DNA of 61,447 nt, filler included, from Basidiobolus ranarum (GCA_040143965.1; 4 parts of 4 records of this genome joined end to end with filler, not necessarily neighbours in it); one strand, 5' to 3'; shown: positions 12,704 through 26,329, counted from the first letter of the whole stretch. Numbers and translations are program-made. The notes: a model not told the origin generated them from the letters alone.

Positions 12704-13049
12704 TGTTGAAATTAGCATTGCCTAAACCCCTATATAGTCATGTATAACTTAGTACTTTGTTGTCTTATAACTCACTAAGATATTATCAATTATTCTCAAT
12801 TGGAATTTTATTAGAAAATTTTACCAACTTGGAAGTTCTCAGATATATAGATTTTTAAACTTGTGCTAGAAGCCCTAAACTTTGCATGCATGTTCCTGGG
12901 ACCTTCCTTAACACATTCTGTGTGTAAGTTTGCTTACATCTTGACAAAACTATAAATGTTAACTTTCTACTCCATCACTCAATAAGTGAAAACCACCAAT
13001 TCCTCTAATTCTCCAAACCACTTCCAACAGGCTCCCAAATACTTTAACA
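12704..13049 (+). mobile_element. 5' LTR (346 bp) of a Ty1/copia element
   Basis: Termini TGTTGAA...TTAACA, followed immediately by GGGTGTGAGCCC (copia-type GGTTATGRGCCC PBS) and gag. Homologous solo copies lie at 60176-61278. Confidence 0.85.
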
Positions 13050-15240
13050 GGGTGTGAGCCCCAAGCTTGCACTCTCTGTAATGTCTACTTCTCAAATTCA
13101 TGGTACTTTTCCCTCTTCTGAAAAATTGGATGGAACCAATTCTCAAGTTTGGAAAATTAAAATGAAAATGCTGCTGCAAGAAAACGGAATATGGGACACT
13201 GTTATAGGAGAAGAAAACAATGCAAAACTATCTGAAACCAAAGCTTTACTCCAGGTTAAAAAAGAACAAAGTGTCTTCAACTCAATTTGTCTTAATTTTA
13301 AGGACAAATTGCTAATTCAATGTTCAAGAGCTAAAACTGCCAAGAAGGTATGTAAATCCTTGGAAGACACCTACCAAATAAGCTCTGCTGCCAAGAAGAT
13401 GTTTCTCAGCAGGCAATTCCTTAACTTAAAGATGAAGCCAGGAGAAGACATTACATCACTCATTAATAGAGTCACTATTTTAGTGGATGAAATGGAATGC
13501 ATTGAAGTACCTACCACTGATCAAGATATCATAGTTACAGTCGTGAATAGCCTGCCACCCAAGTTTCAGAGCCTAGTAACGGCTCTAAAGTCAAGAACTG
13601 AAAATTCGACCTTAAATTATGTATTTAGCAGACTTCTGGATGAAGATTTACACAAATCAGGATTCAACCAAAAGAATAAGGAAAATGCTTTAATAGGCTA
13701 TGGGAAGCCTTGCTACTAAGGTCAAAAGCACTTTAAGAAGAAAAGTAACACATTCTGTGATTACTGTAAAAGAACTGGCCATTTCAACAAAGATTGCTAT
13801 AAAAGAATTGCAAAAGAATAAAAACAAACTGAATCAGGAAATGTGGTTACAACAGAAGATCACTAGTTCAGATCTGCTCTATTTATGACTACCAACAAGG
13901 ACTCTCAGACATGGTATATTGATACTGGAGCTTCCCAACATTTCACAAATAAAAACATTGGTTTATGGAATATGAAGAAATCCCAATTGGAAAGGTTTTC
14001 TTAGGAGATGACCACACATTGAATGCTATTGGAATGGGAACAACTCAAGTCAATTTAACTGGAGCTTCTGAAGAGAAAGTGTATATTTTTAAGGATGTAC
14101 TACATGTTCCAGATATTGCCAAGAATTTAATATCTCTATGCAAGGCCATCTCAGAAGGGCTAAAATTTAATTTTGATTAGTCAGGATGCACCATCACTGA
14201 TCAATATGGGAATTATTTAGCTTCAGGAGAAAAGGATCAAAACTCATACAAACTAACATATAATCCAAGAAATATATGTGCAAATATAAGTTATTCAATC
14301 CAGAAACTTTTCAATTATGGCATAAGATATTTGGCCATATTGGATTTGATTGTTTGAGAAAAATGATCAAAAATTGCCTAATTTCTGCAATTCAAATTAA
14401 CCCCCCAACCAAAATGGAAATTTGTGAGGGTTGTATATAGGGAAAACAAGCCAGGCAACTGATCAAGAGCTCTGGTTTAATTAAATCTGTCAAAAAGTTG
14501 GATCTAACTCATTCAGATTTGTGTGGACCTATGCAAAATTTATCTTTAGGTGAAAATAGATATTTAATTACATTTATTATAATTATACAAGATACACTTG
14601 GGTATACTTTATGGAAAGAAATAAAGAAGCTCTCTCTATCTTTAGAGATTTTAAAACACTTATGGAGACTGAAACTGGAACTAATATTAAGAAAATATGT
14701 AGTGATAATGGTGGAGAATATACTTTAACACTATTTAAGCTCTTTTGCAAAGTTCATGGAATTAAGCAAGAAGCTACTGCCCCCGATTCACCTCAACAAA
14801 ATGGAGTTGCTGAAAGAGCTAACAGGGCTGTAATAGAAATGGCCAGATCTATAATAAATGCATAAAATTTATCTCATAACTTTTGGGCAGAATTTGTTGC
14901 TAAAGCTATATATCTGAGGAATAGGAGTTTTACTAGGAGTCTGTCTAACCCTACACCATATCAAACTTGGTATGGAATTAAACCTGATGTAAAACATTTG
15001 AGGATCTTTGTATGCATTTGTTATGTCAAAATTATAACCAAAAATCAGTCTAAATTTGATCCAAAAAGTAAGAAATGCATATTTCTGGGTTATTGTACTC
15101 AAACTAAGGCCTACAGACTCAATGATACCAAAATTTCCAAGTTAATCAAGTCCAGGGATGTTTTGTTTAATGAAAATGAAAAATATTTATTGGGAAAATA
15201 TGGGCTGTATGGAGGAACTTTAGAAAAGTGGAGTTGTGAA
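13050..15240 (+). mobile_element. Degenerate Ty1/copia internal region (gag, PR, IN), truncated before RT
   Basis: EKLDGTN..WKIKMKMLL gag; knuckle CDYCKRTGHFNKDC; protease WYIDTGASQH; HSDLCGPM; SDNGGEY; PQQNGVAER; KFDPKSKKCIFLGY..SRDVLFNE. Multiple frameshifts and stops. Confidence 0.95.
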
Positions 15241-15320
15241 TAGCTTTGTGAGATAATTGTTTATTGACCAGAAATTAAGCATTTATACATTTTGGTGGAA
15301 ATACAGAAAACTAACACTGG

Positions 15321-15420
15321 NNNNNNNNNNNNNNNNNNNNNNNNNNNNNNNNNNNNNNNNNNNNTTAATTAATTAANNNNNNNNNNNNNNNNNNNNNNNN
15401 NNNNNNNNNNNNNNNNNNNN
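15321..15420. other. Artificial contig linker (N44-TTAATTAATTAA-N44)
   Basis: Six-frame-stop palindrome flanked by Ns; identical to the other two linkers. Confidence 0.98.
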
Positions 15421-15689
15421 TGTATGTAGACTGGGTAAAGATCGAATGCAAATACAAAGGCAATGACACTGTCGCTTGGGTTACTCCAACTCCAAGCACC
15501 AAAGCCACTGCTATCACCACACTTGGTTCCGGTACTCCCGTCCCTACTAATGTCATTCCTGGGGAGACTAACAATCACGAAGCAGGAGACAAAGAAAATG
15601 TAAATGCCGCTAAGAGTGGTGCTTCATCCCTTTATGCTGGTGTTCTTCCATTAGTACTAGCTGCCGGTATTGGACGCCTCTACAATTAA
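15421..15689 (+). CDS. 3' end of a probable GH16 (Crh/Utr2-like) GPI-anchored cell-wall protein (partial)
   Basis: Frame from 15423 reads YVDWVKIEC (GH16 terminal strand, cf. YVDWVRV), a T/P-rich linker, then KSGASSLYAGVLPLVLAAGIGRLYN* (GPI-signal-like). Confidence 0.65.
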
Positions 15690-16683
15690 TTGTCATCATT
15701 TTATCCAATAATTGTGATTAGACTTAATCCATTTATGATCAGCATGAACTTATCCATATTCGTTTACCAATAATTGACATTCACCCTCAACGTTATTCAG
15801 TTTCGATAGCTGAAGTTATATAATTTTGACCATCTTTAATGAATAAAACTTCCTTTCAACGTACACGAAATAATTGAACTTCAATTATGGAGATTATCGA
15901 TATAACGAAACGCGTTCATTGGTTAATAGAAATAGATACTCGATCGTATGCTAGTTGTTGTTATTGTCATAGGTTTCACCAGGAATCCATGGAAAAGTCT
16001 AGATTACCAAGAAAAAAACCCTCCCCATATGTTCCGAGACATTTTTGGTATTTGTGTAAGGCCGGAAAAGATCGCCCATTTGAAGGACAGGATCGCGGGA
16101 ATTGACACATAATTCTCACCATCATAAAGGAGACAAATATCACTTATGACATAGTTATACTTTGCAATATCATCAGCTCGGCTATACCGCAAATATGGTA
16201 TTTCGCCTGTACGACTGTAAGCCTCACGGTCTTAATCAGTAAGTACGCGGTTCTAGCCGCTCACCGATGCTAAAGAAATAAACCCATATAATGGTTGGTA
16301 AACCACCTCATTGATGAGATTAGATTCTGTCTCAGCGTAGTAAGGAGAGAATGTACACGGATCTAATGCGTGTTACCTCGATGCAATTTCGATGATATAT
16401 TTGCAATATTAAGCAAGATAATATTGTTAGGTTGTTCTAAAACGATCTCCTTCATTTGATAGGAATCCTCGGAATTTGTGGACATCAAGATGATAGGGAA
16501 ATTATCAAAAGTGATTTAAATATCATTTCGAGTTACCGAGGTTAAAAAAATGTGTTTAATTTATGCAATTTACGAATCAATCAAATTTACTAGCGATGAT
16601 CCCAGACGAAAAAAACAAGATACTTATTTATCACCAGTTGTAAAGAAAGTCAATATATTACACAAGTACAGCTTACTTTACTT

Positions 16684-17463
16684 ATGGATAGAAAGAGTAA
16701 ACTTCTGGCTCTAGCAGCCAAACGTCGTGCCGAGGCTGAAAGCACCAGTGATGTAAAGAAAAGTCCTAGCAAAAAGTAGGTGTTTTTTGTTCAATATTGT
16801 TTTCCCAACGATATCTCCAACTTTCTCATCGGTCAACTCTCTCATTAGGGTAAAACAGTCGCCTCCTTCGAAGAAAGCCACCGAGAGTCCTTCTTCTTCG
16901 AAAAAATCCACTATAAAATCCACAGGCCCAGTTAAAATTAAAGCAAAATCTACTGTTTCTGTTCATCGCCGCTCTCCACCTCCACGTAAACCTCAAGTAT
17001 CAGCCCGGGAGCGTGACTTGAACGAAGATGAATATGATACTAACGATGGGTTTTTAGTTGATTCCGATGAAGAAGGTCAGGAGCATATCTTTTATATATA
17101 ACATTTGACCGTTGCTCAATTGGGTATATTATATAAATATTTAGAAGCATCTGCTGACTCTGAAGACAATCTTTCTTTCGAATCAGAAGAAGAGGACCGA
17201 CCAAAGAAGAAGAGTTCAAAGAAAGAAAAATCCAAGAAAGAGAAGGTAAATTATCCATTTTCAATGAAGTTTTGATGTTCTGACACACTAAGCGTTTTCT
17301 GATAACTGAGTAGAAGCCTAAAAAGAAGCATACTAGCGATGGTTCAGAATCTGAAGAAGACTTAGCACTAGAGGAGGAATTAGAGGATTTAGATACAAGT
17401 TTAATTATCAAAACTAGTCGTAGAACTCGAGGTGGTCGCACGTCTTACCGTGATTTAGAATAA
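16684..17463 (+). CDS. CHZ-motif (Chz1/HIRIP3-like) histone H2A.Z chaperone, 4 exons
   Basis: MDRKSKLLALAAKRRAE start. GT-AG introns at ~16776-16848, 17076-17144 and ~17246-17313. K-rich and acidic tracts; C-terminal EDLDTSLIIKTSRRTRGGRTSY resembles the CHZ motif. Confidence 0.7.
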
Positions 17464-17801
17464 CCACACTTTTTTTATCAAGATTTATTACACTTGCGTA
17501 GCTTAAATTAAAAAACAGCTCACTTCCAAATGTAGTTTGGTAGTGTGTTGTGCTTGTTTCAATTACATATTGTGCCAAGTTGAAATAATGAAAAATCAAT
17601 AACAATGACAAAGACTTTACAACGATAAATGACAATGAATGCATATTCGCTCGCTATGGAGATTATGTCTAAGAAAAATACAAATAGAAGATAAATTCAT
17701 TAGTAAATAATGGGATCATAGAGCTGTATATTGAGAAGAGATGAAGCAATATATAAATATATCATTAAGTTTCAAAAGCACCAACCACCCGGGTAGGATA
17801 T

Positions 17802-20800
17802 TCAAGACTCTCGGAGATCAACAGAATTACTGTAAGTAATATCTCTTCGGGGTCTTAATTTCCTTCTAGGCTCTGATGTATTAGTATCATCTTCATCTCG
17901 GGGTCTTTTCGAGGCACTATTTCTTGTCTGTCTAGTAGTTGGTAGGTTGTCCCGTTTAACTGGCGGTTCAGGTTCTTCCTCAAGGTCACTGGATTGACGG
18001 TGTGTTGCTTTACGAGTACGTAATTTACGCTTTTTGCTCGGTGAAGCTAAGTTATCGGTAGTAGAAGGTATGCTGGCTTTATCTTCATTGGATTTCTGAT
18101 CGTCTTCGATGATTCTGTGGGATCGACGAGTTGACTTTTTCTGAGTGCAGATATCATTTTCGGTCTCATTATTGACTTCTTTAGTTGAGGTTCTGTTCCG
18201 AGATTTCCGATCTCGCAAATTTACCTGACGATCTTGTTTGGTATTAATGGCATCATTGTTTTCTTCTTCGTCGGGCTCTTCTACGGATAATTCAAAGTTC
18301 TCAATATCTTTCATACACATTTCAAGGTTTACGTTGAGTGACGAAAATGTTTTGATATTTTCGTCGAAATCATCCTGAAAGTCAGTAGTTCGTAGCCATC
18401 GAATTCGCTTCTCTGCTTCAGCTGGGAGTTTTGATAACTGAGTGTCTCTAATATCCTTTATCCGTGCAAATAACAGCTTGATATGTGAAAGGTACTCGTC
18501 AACCGATGAATCCAATCCAATTTCAGGTAACCTAATGGTTTTCATCATCATGAACAGCATGGAACCAAGCTGATCAACTTGCTTTTGAATAGTACTTCTA
18601 AGATCTTGTATGTATGCAGCTGACTCTACTGAGTTGTTGGTTTTCTCAGAGTTTTCTTTCGGGATTTGATCTTGCGAATCATCTTCTATATCATCGATTT
18701 GGTTTTCAGCTTGAGATGCAGCTTCGTCCATTGGCGATGTCTCCTCTAAAGGCCGCTCAATGCATTCAGATAGCTGATGATCTTCTAGAGTGTCCGTAAT
18801 ATCAGTGACAGATAGTACTTCTGTTTGATCATAGGCTTCTCCAATCTCTCTTTTCAACCACTTACGGAATCTTCCAAGCGAGTTTATAAATAGTGGTCTA
18901 GTCGATGTTAACATTGAACGAAGGTTTTTTTCACGAATACCACGGTTATTTAAAGGCCTGATCAATAGTAGAAGCTGTCTACTATCATCCATATAATACC
19001 ACTTCGTTTTAGGTTTCCTGTAGTCATCGTTCACATGAATTTCCCTTTTCTTGCTTTCCGCCTTCAGTATATCCATAGGTTGTTCGATTGGATCATTTGT
19101 AATTGTTGAGAGATCTGGTTTTTCGGGCTTCTCGGAATATTGATGTTCTTCAATAATTATTCCACCAATGGGTTTCCAATGCCAATAAGCTCGGGCGTAC
19201 CGATCATATCCTACTAGCAATATCTCCTGTGATGTGGGAGCAGTACCTCGACTGGGAATTACTCCACCGCGATATTTGGAAGCTACAGACTCTACTAGCG
19301 ATTGATGCGCGAGATCTTTTGTATTGAGGTCCGTTATCGCCTTTCTTTTATTCTCACGTTGGCGTACCATTTTTTCCACATCTTTAATCAATTTCGTACA
19401 TTTTCCCTTTAATGTGGCCATGAGTTTTTTTCTGGATTTTTCCTCTGCCAGCATCTTCTGACGTGAAGTCCGTTCATCTGGAGACTTCTGCCTTTCTTGT
19501 ACTTCAGATATTTCTTCATCATGCGAATTTGATTGAACTTCATTACCGCCCTCAGAGTCTTTCTCCTCACCATCATCTCCCGATTCCTCATCTGATGTGC
19601 GAGATCTAGCCAACCGCTTCATCTCTTCCTCGGCATCCACTACACTTTTTTCAGCTAGCTGGATATTCCTGGTCAGATCAGAGATTTGAGTCTCGAGTTG
19701 GCGTCTGGTATCAGCACGTTCTCGCTTTTCTTTCTTCAATTGCAGTATCCGCTCATCTACTCCAGTATGTAAGTACTGGCTAAACTGATCAGTGTCCATA
19801 GCAAGGTCTATCAAATAATTGAGAGCCCGGAGTCGATCTTTAGGAGGAATCGCGGGGAATTCGGTTGTGGCGAAAATGTTTGCTTTATCTGGGAGAATTT
19901 CGCTTATGTACCATTGGAAATTAACAGGAGTGACAGGAGGTAACTCTGGAGCATCTTGGTTATGCTCCTCCAATTCAACAAACTCAATCAAATTGCAAAT
20001 AAATTGAATACCATCTCTATTAATAGTAGTTGTGTTACAAACGAGATCTTCCAAAATATCTAAAATGATCACAAGTTAACATTTACCGACAAAATTTGGT
20101 CCAATAATTTGAAAGAAAATACCGTAGGTGTAATCTTCTGACTTCAAGATATCTGACGAAAATTTATAAAAAAAATCGTGAACTACCATCAGCTGCGCCC
20201 ATTCATCCATTGTCAGGCGAAGATCGTCGTCGGGGATCCTGATTTCTTTGAATTTTGGAAGTGGTAAGCTAAAAGGTACCAAAATCGGATCCAAATCATC
20301 ACTTATTGGGGTTAATTTTGGAATTCCAGGTTGTAGATAATCGCGTAAATCCGTCTTCTTTCCAAACGTGTTTTTTAACTGAAATATTCTTTAGTGAAAA
20401 TCATGTGGTATTAAATAAAACATTTTAATATGTACCAAAGGACCTGGCGATGACCGTGTTGAGGGTGCAGAGGTAGTAGGACGTTCCGGAACTGGCGATG
20501 ATTTTACAGAATCCGTAGACACGAGAGAAATGGTCTGTGGGTGATAGTTGGGAAGTATATGAGAATTGAAGTGCGTAAATAATTAGTGTTTCTTATGACA
20601 GTTCGAAAAACTTTACCTCGTCTTCGGAAGAATCTATAATTTGTACTGGTTGGGATAACATGGGATGTATCGTCAGCGGTTGTTCAACAGAGCCCTATTG
20701 TCGAGTGAATAACGAGTAAACAGTTAACACTAAGTGATATGGAAGACAGAGTGTGCCATCTTGTTGCCCTAACATTCGCGGATATTGGCATGTAAACCTA

Positions 20801-21150
20801 CTAACCTCAAAATCAGGTTTTATTCTCTTGGAAGAATGTTGAGCTTGAAAGTAATTATGTAAGGAGTTTTTCTGTGGGGTAAGTGTGTGACCATCTGTTC
20901 CAGTGACGCGTAAAGATTTTTGCTTGCTTTTGCCTACAGATTTTGGTGTTGTAGCATTTGAAGCATTTGCCACGGGTAGATACACGATTTTCTCGGGAAA
21001 TTCATCATCCTCTAGATCAATCACGGTCACATTTCTAGAAGCCTCAATTGGAGAATTCAATTGGAATTGAATAGAGCCTTTCTTTGGAGGAACAGGCGGT
21101 AATTTTGGCAACGGAAGTTTTGTTAGTGGGCGCAAAGGAGAATCGGTCAT
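17802..21150 (-). CDS. DDT-WHIM1-WSD domain ISWI-complex accessory subunit (Itc1/BAZ-like), 5 exons
   Basis: DDT-like LMVVHDFFYKFS; WHIM1 IPPKDRLRALNYLIDLAM; WSD LVGYDRYARAYW; WHIM3-like WYYMD..LNNRGIREKNL. Canonical introns join the ORF pieces. Confidence 0.8.
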
Positions 21151-23207
21151 GTATGCAATAGCTGTCTGTATGCAACTTGAAAGTGGCCACTAACCAAGGT
21201 GTTTGAAGTTAAATTAGTGAGATAACGTATACGGATGAAGTACTAATATATCAATTTAATTGGGATCATATTTTCAGGTACTCCAATCCAAGATTAGTAG
21301 GGCATTTTTCCTAGTCCCTATTTTCGCGATAGTAATCTGACTGTATTTTTTTGTTAAAACATGACTTGAGTATTTGTTTTTATTTCGTAAATTTACTAAA
21401 CCTCATTGGTGGTTTGATGCTTGCTAGAAACAGTAGCAATATTGGGCATTTGGACCTCTAGGATACATACTTCAAGGGAATAACGTGTTTTGTGTAAGCT
21501 TTTCTATGTCAATATTTTGCTTAAAAAGTTCTTAACTTCTAACTCTATGGTCGAGTCAATTTAAGGATACCTTTAGTGCATGTATCTACATATATATAAG
21601 GTGCAGTGATTCGAACCATAATTTAGCTCAACTGTGAAATAAATTTAAGAAGAAATAAATGGAATTGTTTTTGCCATAATAAAATCACCTTTATGTTGGC
21701 AATTCTCTATCATTTATTGAGTTGTTAATATATTCAGGGATCAAACCAAACATTAGCCTGAAAATATACCTTCATTTCGGATTTGATAGGCAAAAGTTCC
21801 GTGATGACCTAGCAATTCGAAAATTTAAACCATCATGAACATCTGTAAATAACGATAATGTTAATCATTAACTTATTGGCTTGATTTATCCAATCTAATC
21901 GGATAGAATCTAGTCAAAACATCAAAGATGAAATGCCTTGAGACCCCAGGATTGAGTGGAAAGAGACCATTTCTGAATTCGTTCATATTGAATGTGATAG
22001 CTTGATGCCACTGATCTTGTTAACTTTTGCACACTAGTCTGAAAATAGCTTTGGTTATGTTGTTCTAAAGCACCAAAAGAAGGGCGAATGGTCTCCATTA
22101 TCAATAAACTCTCATTGTTGAAAGTGTATTTGATAGCTATAGCTTGTATATTTCAACCAAAACTTTTAAGGGTAATTTAAAAAGCAATGTATTCGAAATT
22201 TATAATCAACTATAAAGGAAAGTCAAGTTGCAGAATTAAGACACAGTCAAATGATTCCCACATTCTAGTAATTAATTCTCTAAACTTTTAAAAACAAATT
22301 GTTTGGATAAAACTTAATGGCATCAAAAGTTGGAATTTTGTATTCTCAATTCAGAAACCTTTTTGTTTCTGCTCTATGCCTGTTGTCGATATCCTCTGTA
22401 TTTTGAGGTACAATCTCAGAAAGCACTGTTGTATCTGGAAAGGTTTAGGCCTCAGAAAAATTACTGAAAATACGGCATATGAGCAGCAATTTGAAATTGA
22501 AGCCTGTGGCTCAAGATTGAAGAGTTCCCTGTCTCAATCTTTTGACTTTATTGTATATTCAACTACTCCTATCGCGGACTCACTACACTGTTGAATAGTG
22601 GGATATAAATGTTTGTTAAGGGAGCATCGCTACGATTCTGGATTCATGCAACGAATCTTCAGGCCTAAATGATAAGAGTGATGCCCAAGAAATCCAAATT
22701 AGATGAAAGTTCTGGATTACTCTTCAATTCCTGGTAGAAGCACTCTACCAAATGTGTCCCCATCAACCCCACTTTCTGGTAGAAAACTACTTTTGGTCTC
22801 TACTTAATCAAAAATCATAAAACTACAAAACGGTTACCAGTTGTTTTAGTATATACATTTCAATCGAAGCCAATTGATATCTCACGCTCTGTAAAACACT
22901 GAAATCATCGAATTCAATTTCTCGTAAGTGGGATGTTTCAAATAGGAGCAAATCGGGTAACTCAATTAAACACGGACTATCAATTTCCGCTTATCAGATG
23001 TTGGTGAGGTCTAGCTCTATACTGATTTTGGTATCCAATGATGTCTAGAATTCACATGATCGATTAGCTTTAACCAAGGTTTTGCGACCTCGCTCACAAA
23101 GATTGGCCTCTGATTAGGTATCATTTATTATTCTATATCTATAAACAAGGTGAATTATGAAGGATTATCTACACTATTGCTCTCTATAAGTAATCGGGTA
23201 TGTATGA

Positions 23208-23735
23208 TTAACAATATGTAGATTGGCCTGTAGTTACGTAAGGTTTGGAATAATAATAACTGGAATCATGAGAAATACTCTTCATCAATTCCGAGAAACT
23301 AGGAAGCTTGGTGGTGTTTTGTTCAAGATTAGAGCGATAGGCGGTATACGTTGATGGAAAGTATCCCTGAAGCGCATTGATTTGACTAGTAGGGGGATAC
23401 TCCTTAATCACATCCTCGGAATCGGAAGAGCACGAGGAAAGGGCGGGGCTTAAAGAAGGACTGGGAGTAAGCTCGGGCGTGCAAGCTATTTGAGATATGG
23501 GATTTGCAGGTGACTGGCTATTAGTGCGTGGTTTCTTCGTAGACTTATTGTGAATACGTTGATGTCTGACAAGCTCATCAGATCTAGAAAACTTTTTGCC
23601 ACATTCTGGTAGCGGACATTGATGAGGTTTTTCACCTGTATGGATCCGGATATGACGAGTGCGATGTTCTAGCCGATAAAATGCCTTCTCACACATTGGG
23701 CACTTGTAAGGACGATGACTCTTGGACTTATCCAT
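23208..23735 (-). CDS. creA: CreA/Mig1-type C2H2 carbon-catabolite repressor
   Basis: [53 protein letters not shown]-rich region; LPSFSEL effector-like motif. First ATG at 23735. Confidence 0.88.
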   Translation of the reverse strand: MDKSKSHRPYKCPMCEKAFYRLEHRTRHIRIHTGEKPHQCPLPECGKKFSRSDELVRHQRIHNKSTKKPRTNSQSPANPISQIACTPELTPSPSLSPALSSCSSDSEDVIKEYPPTSQINALQGYFPSTYTAYRSNLEQNTTKLPSFSELMKSISHDSSYYYSKPYVTTGQSTYC

Positions 23736-25257
23736 AGTAACAGTAACAGTGATCGTAGTAGTAATGGTAGTGGTTTTGGTTGTAGTACAGCTTACTGGTT
23801 CTGGTGGATTCAAGTAAGTAGTTTCTCGCAAATGAAACGATGAAAGGTGAACTGAACGGTAGCACAAATAACTACCACTCCATCTGGTTTTATAGTCGAA
23901 TTTCTGTCAAACTTTCAAGCTTAAACCCAGGCTCTAGGTTGAGTTATCGATATATGGACAAACTGGATCCTTCGAATATTTACTTTTTCAATGTGGAGTT
24001 TACCAAGCCGATCTCTAGAATACCTTTCATCGAATGCCGAGTATAGAAACTGACCCCATTTGAAGCCAAGTTAATCTATGTTTTTGACAAATAGAGGCTC
24101 TCTGCATAGACTAGTACTAACTGGTCTAGGCGGAGCTAGGTTGTGAGCTTTATAATTCAAACCGATTGGTTGATGATTTCGAATACCATTTCCCCGCAGT
24201 AGGGTACCAAACATCTCGAACCAGGATTCCACTATCAAATTTTTAGGTACATTATCAGCAAGAAATAATCCAGTATAAAGCTGTGATTGGACAGCATTTG
24301 AAAGTTTCATTGCCTGTGTTGCAGCTGCTATGGTGTTCCATTATCCCTAATCATTACTATGCAAGAATAGTCGGAATAGCCAAATTGTTTGTGGTAGAGA
24401 GGTTTTGTTCAGTGCGGGATTCATAGCTTCTTATTGACATCAACTCATCTTCGCTCTCAAAGCGAGGTCCAGTTCGCTCCAGCCATCGTCAACTCTTTAG
24501 ATTTCCGAGAACTTCTTTATCTAATTTTCTGCCTAATAATTTCCATACCCAATTAGGTCGTAGATTTAGCTTTATTTCTTAGAAGTGGGTTTTTAAGCAT
24601 CATCTTCCGTATTGTATGGCTAATCCTCCAAATTGGATAATCGCAATGGTGCAAAGTCCATTGTTGTCTAGACACTCTGCATAGAGGCCCAGGAAAGTGT
24701 AAATGTAAAAAAATACTGATGCAAGATTTATCTAATGGAAGTCCAATAGGCACCTCATGGAACCACATCAACAGATATAGTTCTGCTTGATCTGAGAACA
24801 CTAAGGCAATATTGTCATACTTGGGTGCTTATCATAGCAACTGAGAGTCTCAATGCAGTAGTACTCATATGTTAGCCCTTGTCCTAGTGGGGTCAGTATA
24901 GAGTTTCCTAACTTCTACATTGAAATAGCAGAAAGGAGATCTGTTCCAAATAAAAGCTTTGCTCAGCTCTACTAGTAACAGAATAAAGAGAACCAATAAA
25001 CTTTTTTTACCCCAACCTGGATATAAATTTACAAATGGCTGCGATGGGGAAACTGGGGAAAACTTCATCGATTATGAGGAACAAAAATCCAACCGATTTA
25101 TTTGATTAGCAATATTTAGCTACTACTGCTCCATTTTATTCATAGTGTGTACTTATTTTAGGCACTTCGTAAAGACAGCTTTCGAGTAGAAAAGCGTACG
25201 ATATTTTTAGTCCATTTCATTTATTGAAAAGAATCAAGAACCATCCATATTCTTCAA

Positions 25258-26051
25258 ATGAACGCTCTACGTCAAGTTGCCACTCGTAGATTCACTACTT
25301 CTTTGCCTCGCTTAGAGCAAGCAAGCACTAGTTTCACTGAGCGTGTGGTCACACCCCCCAAGATTGTCATCAAGAAGACTGGTAGTTTCCGTGGAGGGTA
25401 AGGGTTATTCATTCCTAATTAGAGTCTTTTTCATTTGGACAATTACGCTGCTGCACATTACTATTGTAAAAACAAAAAACTTACAAACTACTACAGGCTT
25501 ATGGGTTTTCTATTTGGTTTAACCTGTGCCGGTGGTGTTGGCTATTATTATCTTTTGGAAGAGTATCAGAGTGCCTCTGACTTGTTACTTCGATCTGTTG
25601 AGGAATTGCAAGCCTCCACTCATAAGGTAGCTTCAAAGTTTGTGATACCTGGATAATATATTAGTTTACTCAGACTCGAATTCTACATATTTTGTACAAA
25701 GGTCAGAGAATACGCACAGAAAATCGATGTAGTTGAGAAGGAGCTCAAGAACTTAAGATCCATTTCCGCTTCTCATGAACAACTCGAAAACACCAAGAGT
25801 GATATTAGAAAATTATATGTAACTTGCATTCGGCTAAAGTTGTCTGTTAAAGATAAAATATCTCATGCTAACCCTTTGTTAAAATTTAGTCCACTATTCA
25901 TTCCGAGCACTTGGCACTCAAGAAACATGTTTCAGGAATTGGTACGTTATCTCCAAGAGTTTGAAGTATATTTCTGCACAAGTGTATTAACTTCATTCTT
26001 GGATTTTCCTTAGAGCATGATATTAGTGCTATCTCAAGTGTCAAAGCTTGA
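25258..26051 (+). CDS. Small fungal single-TM coiled-coil protein, probably mitochondrial, 5 exons
   Basis: MNALRQVATRRFTTSLPRL presequence-like start; GSFRGG|LMGFLFGLTCAGGVGYYYLLEEY TM segment; four GT-AG introns restore a continuous frame to TGA at 26049. Confidence 0.8.
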
Positions 26052-26329
26052 CCACTGCATATTTCCTCACATTTGCATTAAAAAATATATTCAATTATTT
26101 GAACCGTTCGCAAATTGGTTTCTCATAGTTCGAGGATAATATTTCTTATACAAGTTAACATTTAGTTCGAATTAAATGAATTACCACCTACTAAGCGGTC
26201 ATCAGGGACGGACTTTTTATTTCTTATTTGTAAAAGAATTTCAATACCACAATGGGAATAGGGGAAGGGGAGAGTGTATATTAACTACATGGAGAAGAAA
26301 TTGAATATTGACTCACAAGTAGAATCTTT

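Noticed and set aside
15365-15376. TTAATTAATTAA palindrome as a biological motif
   Set aside because: Embedded in Ns and repeated identically three times: an assembly or concatenation linker.
18451-18460. ATATCCTTTA as another U12 donor
   Set aside because: It is on the antisense strand of an uninterrupted coding exon.
21596-21670. GGTTCGAATC (tRNA T-loop / B-box) on the minus strand
   Set aside because: The T-stem does not pair and there is no cloverleaf or A-box.
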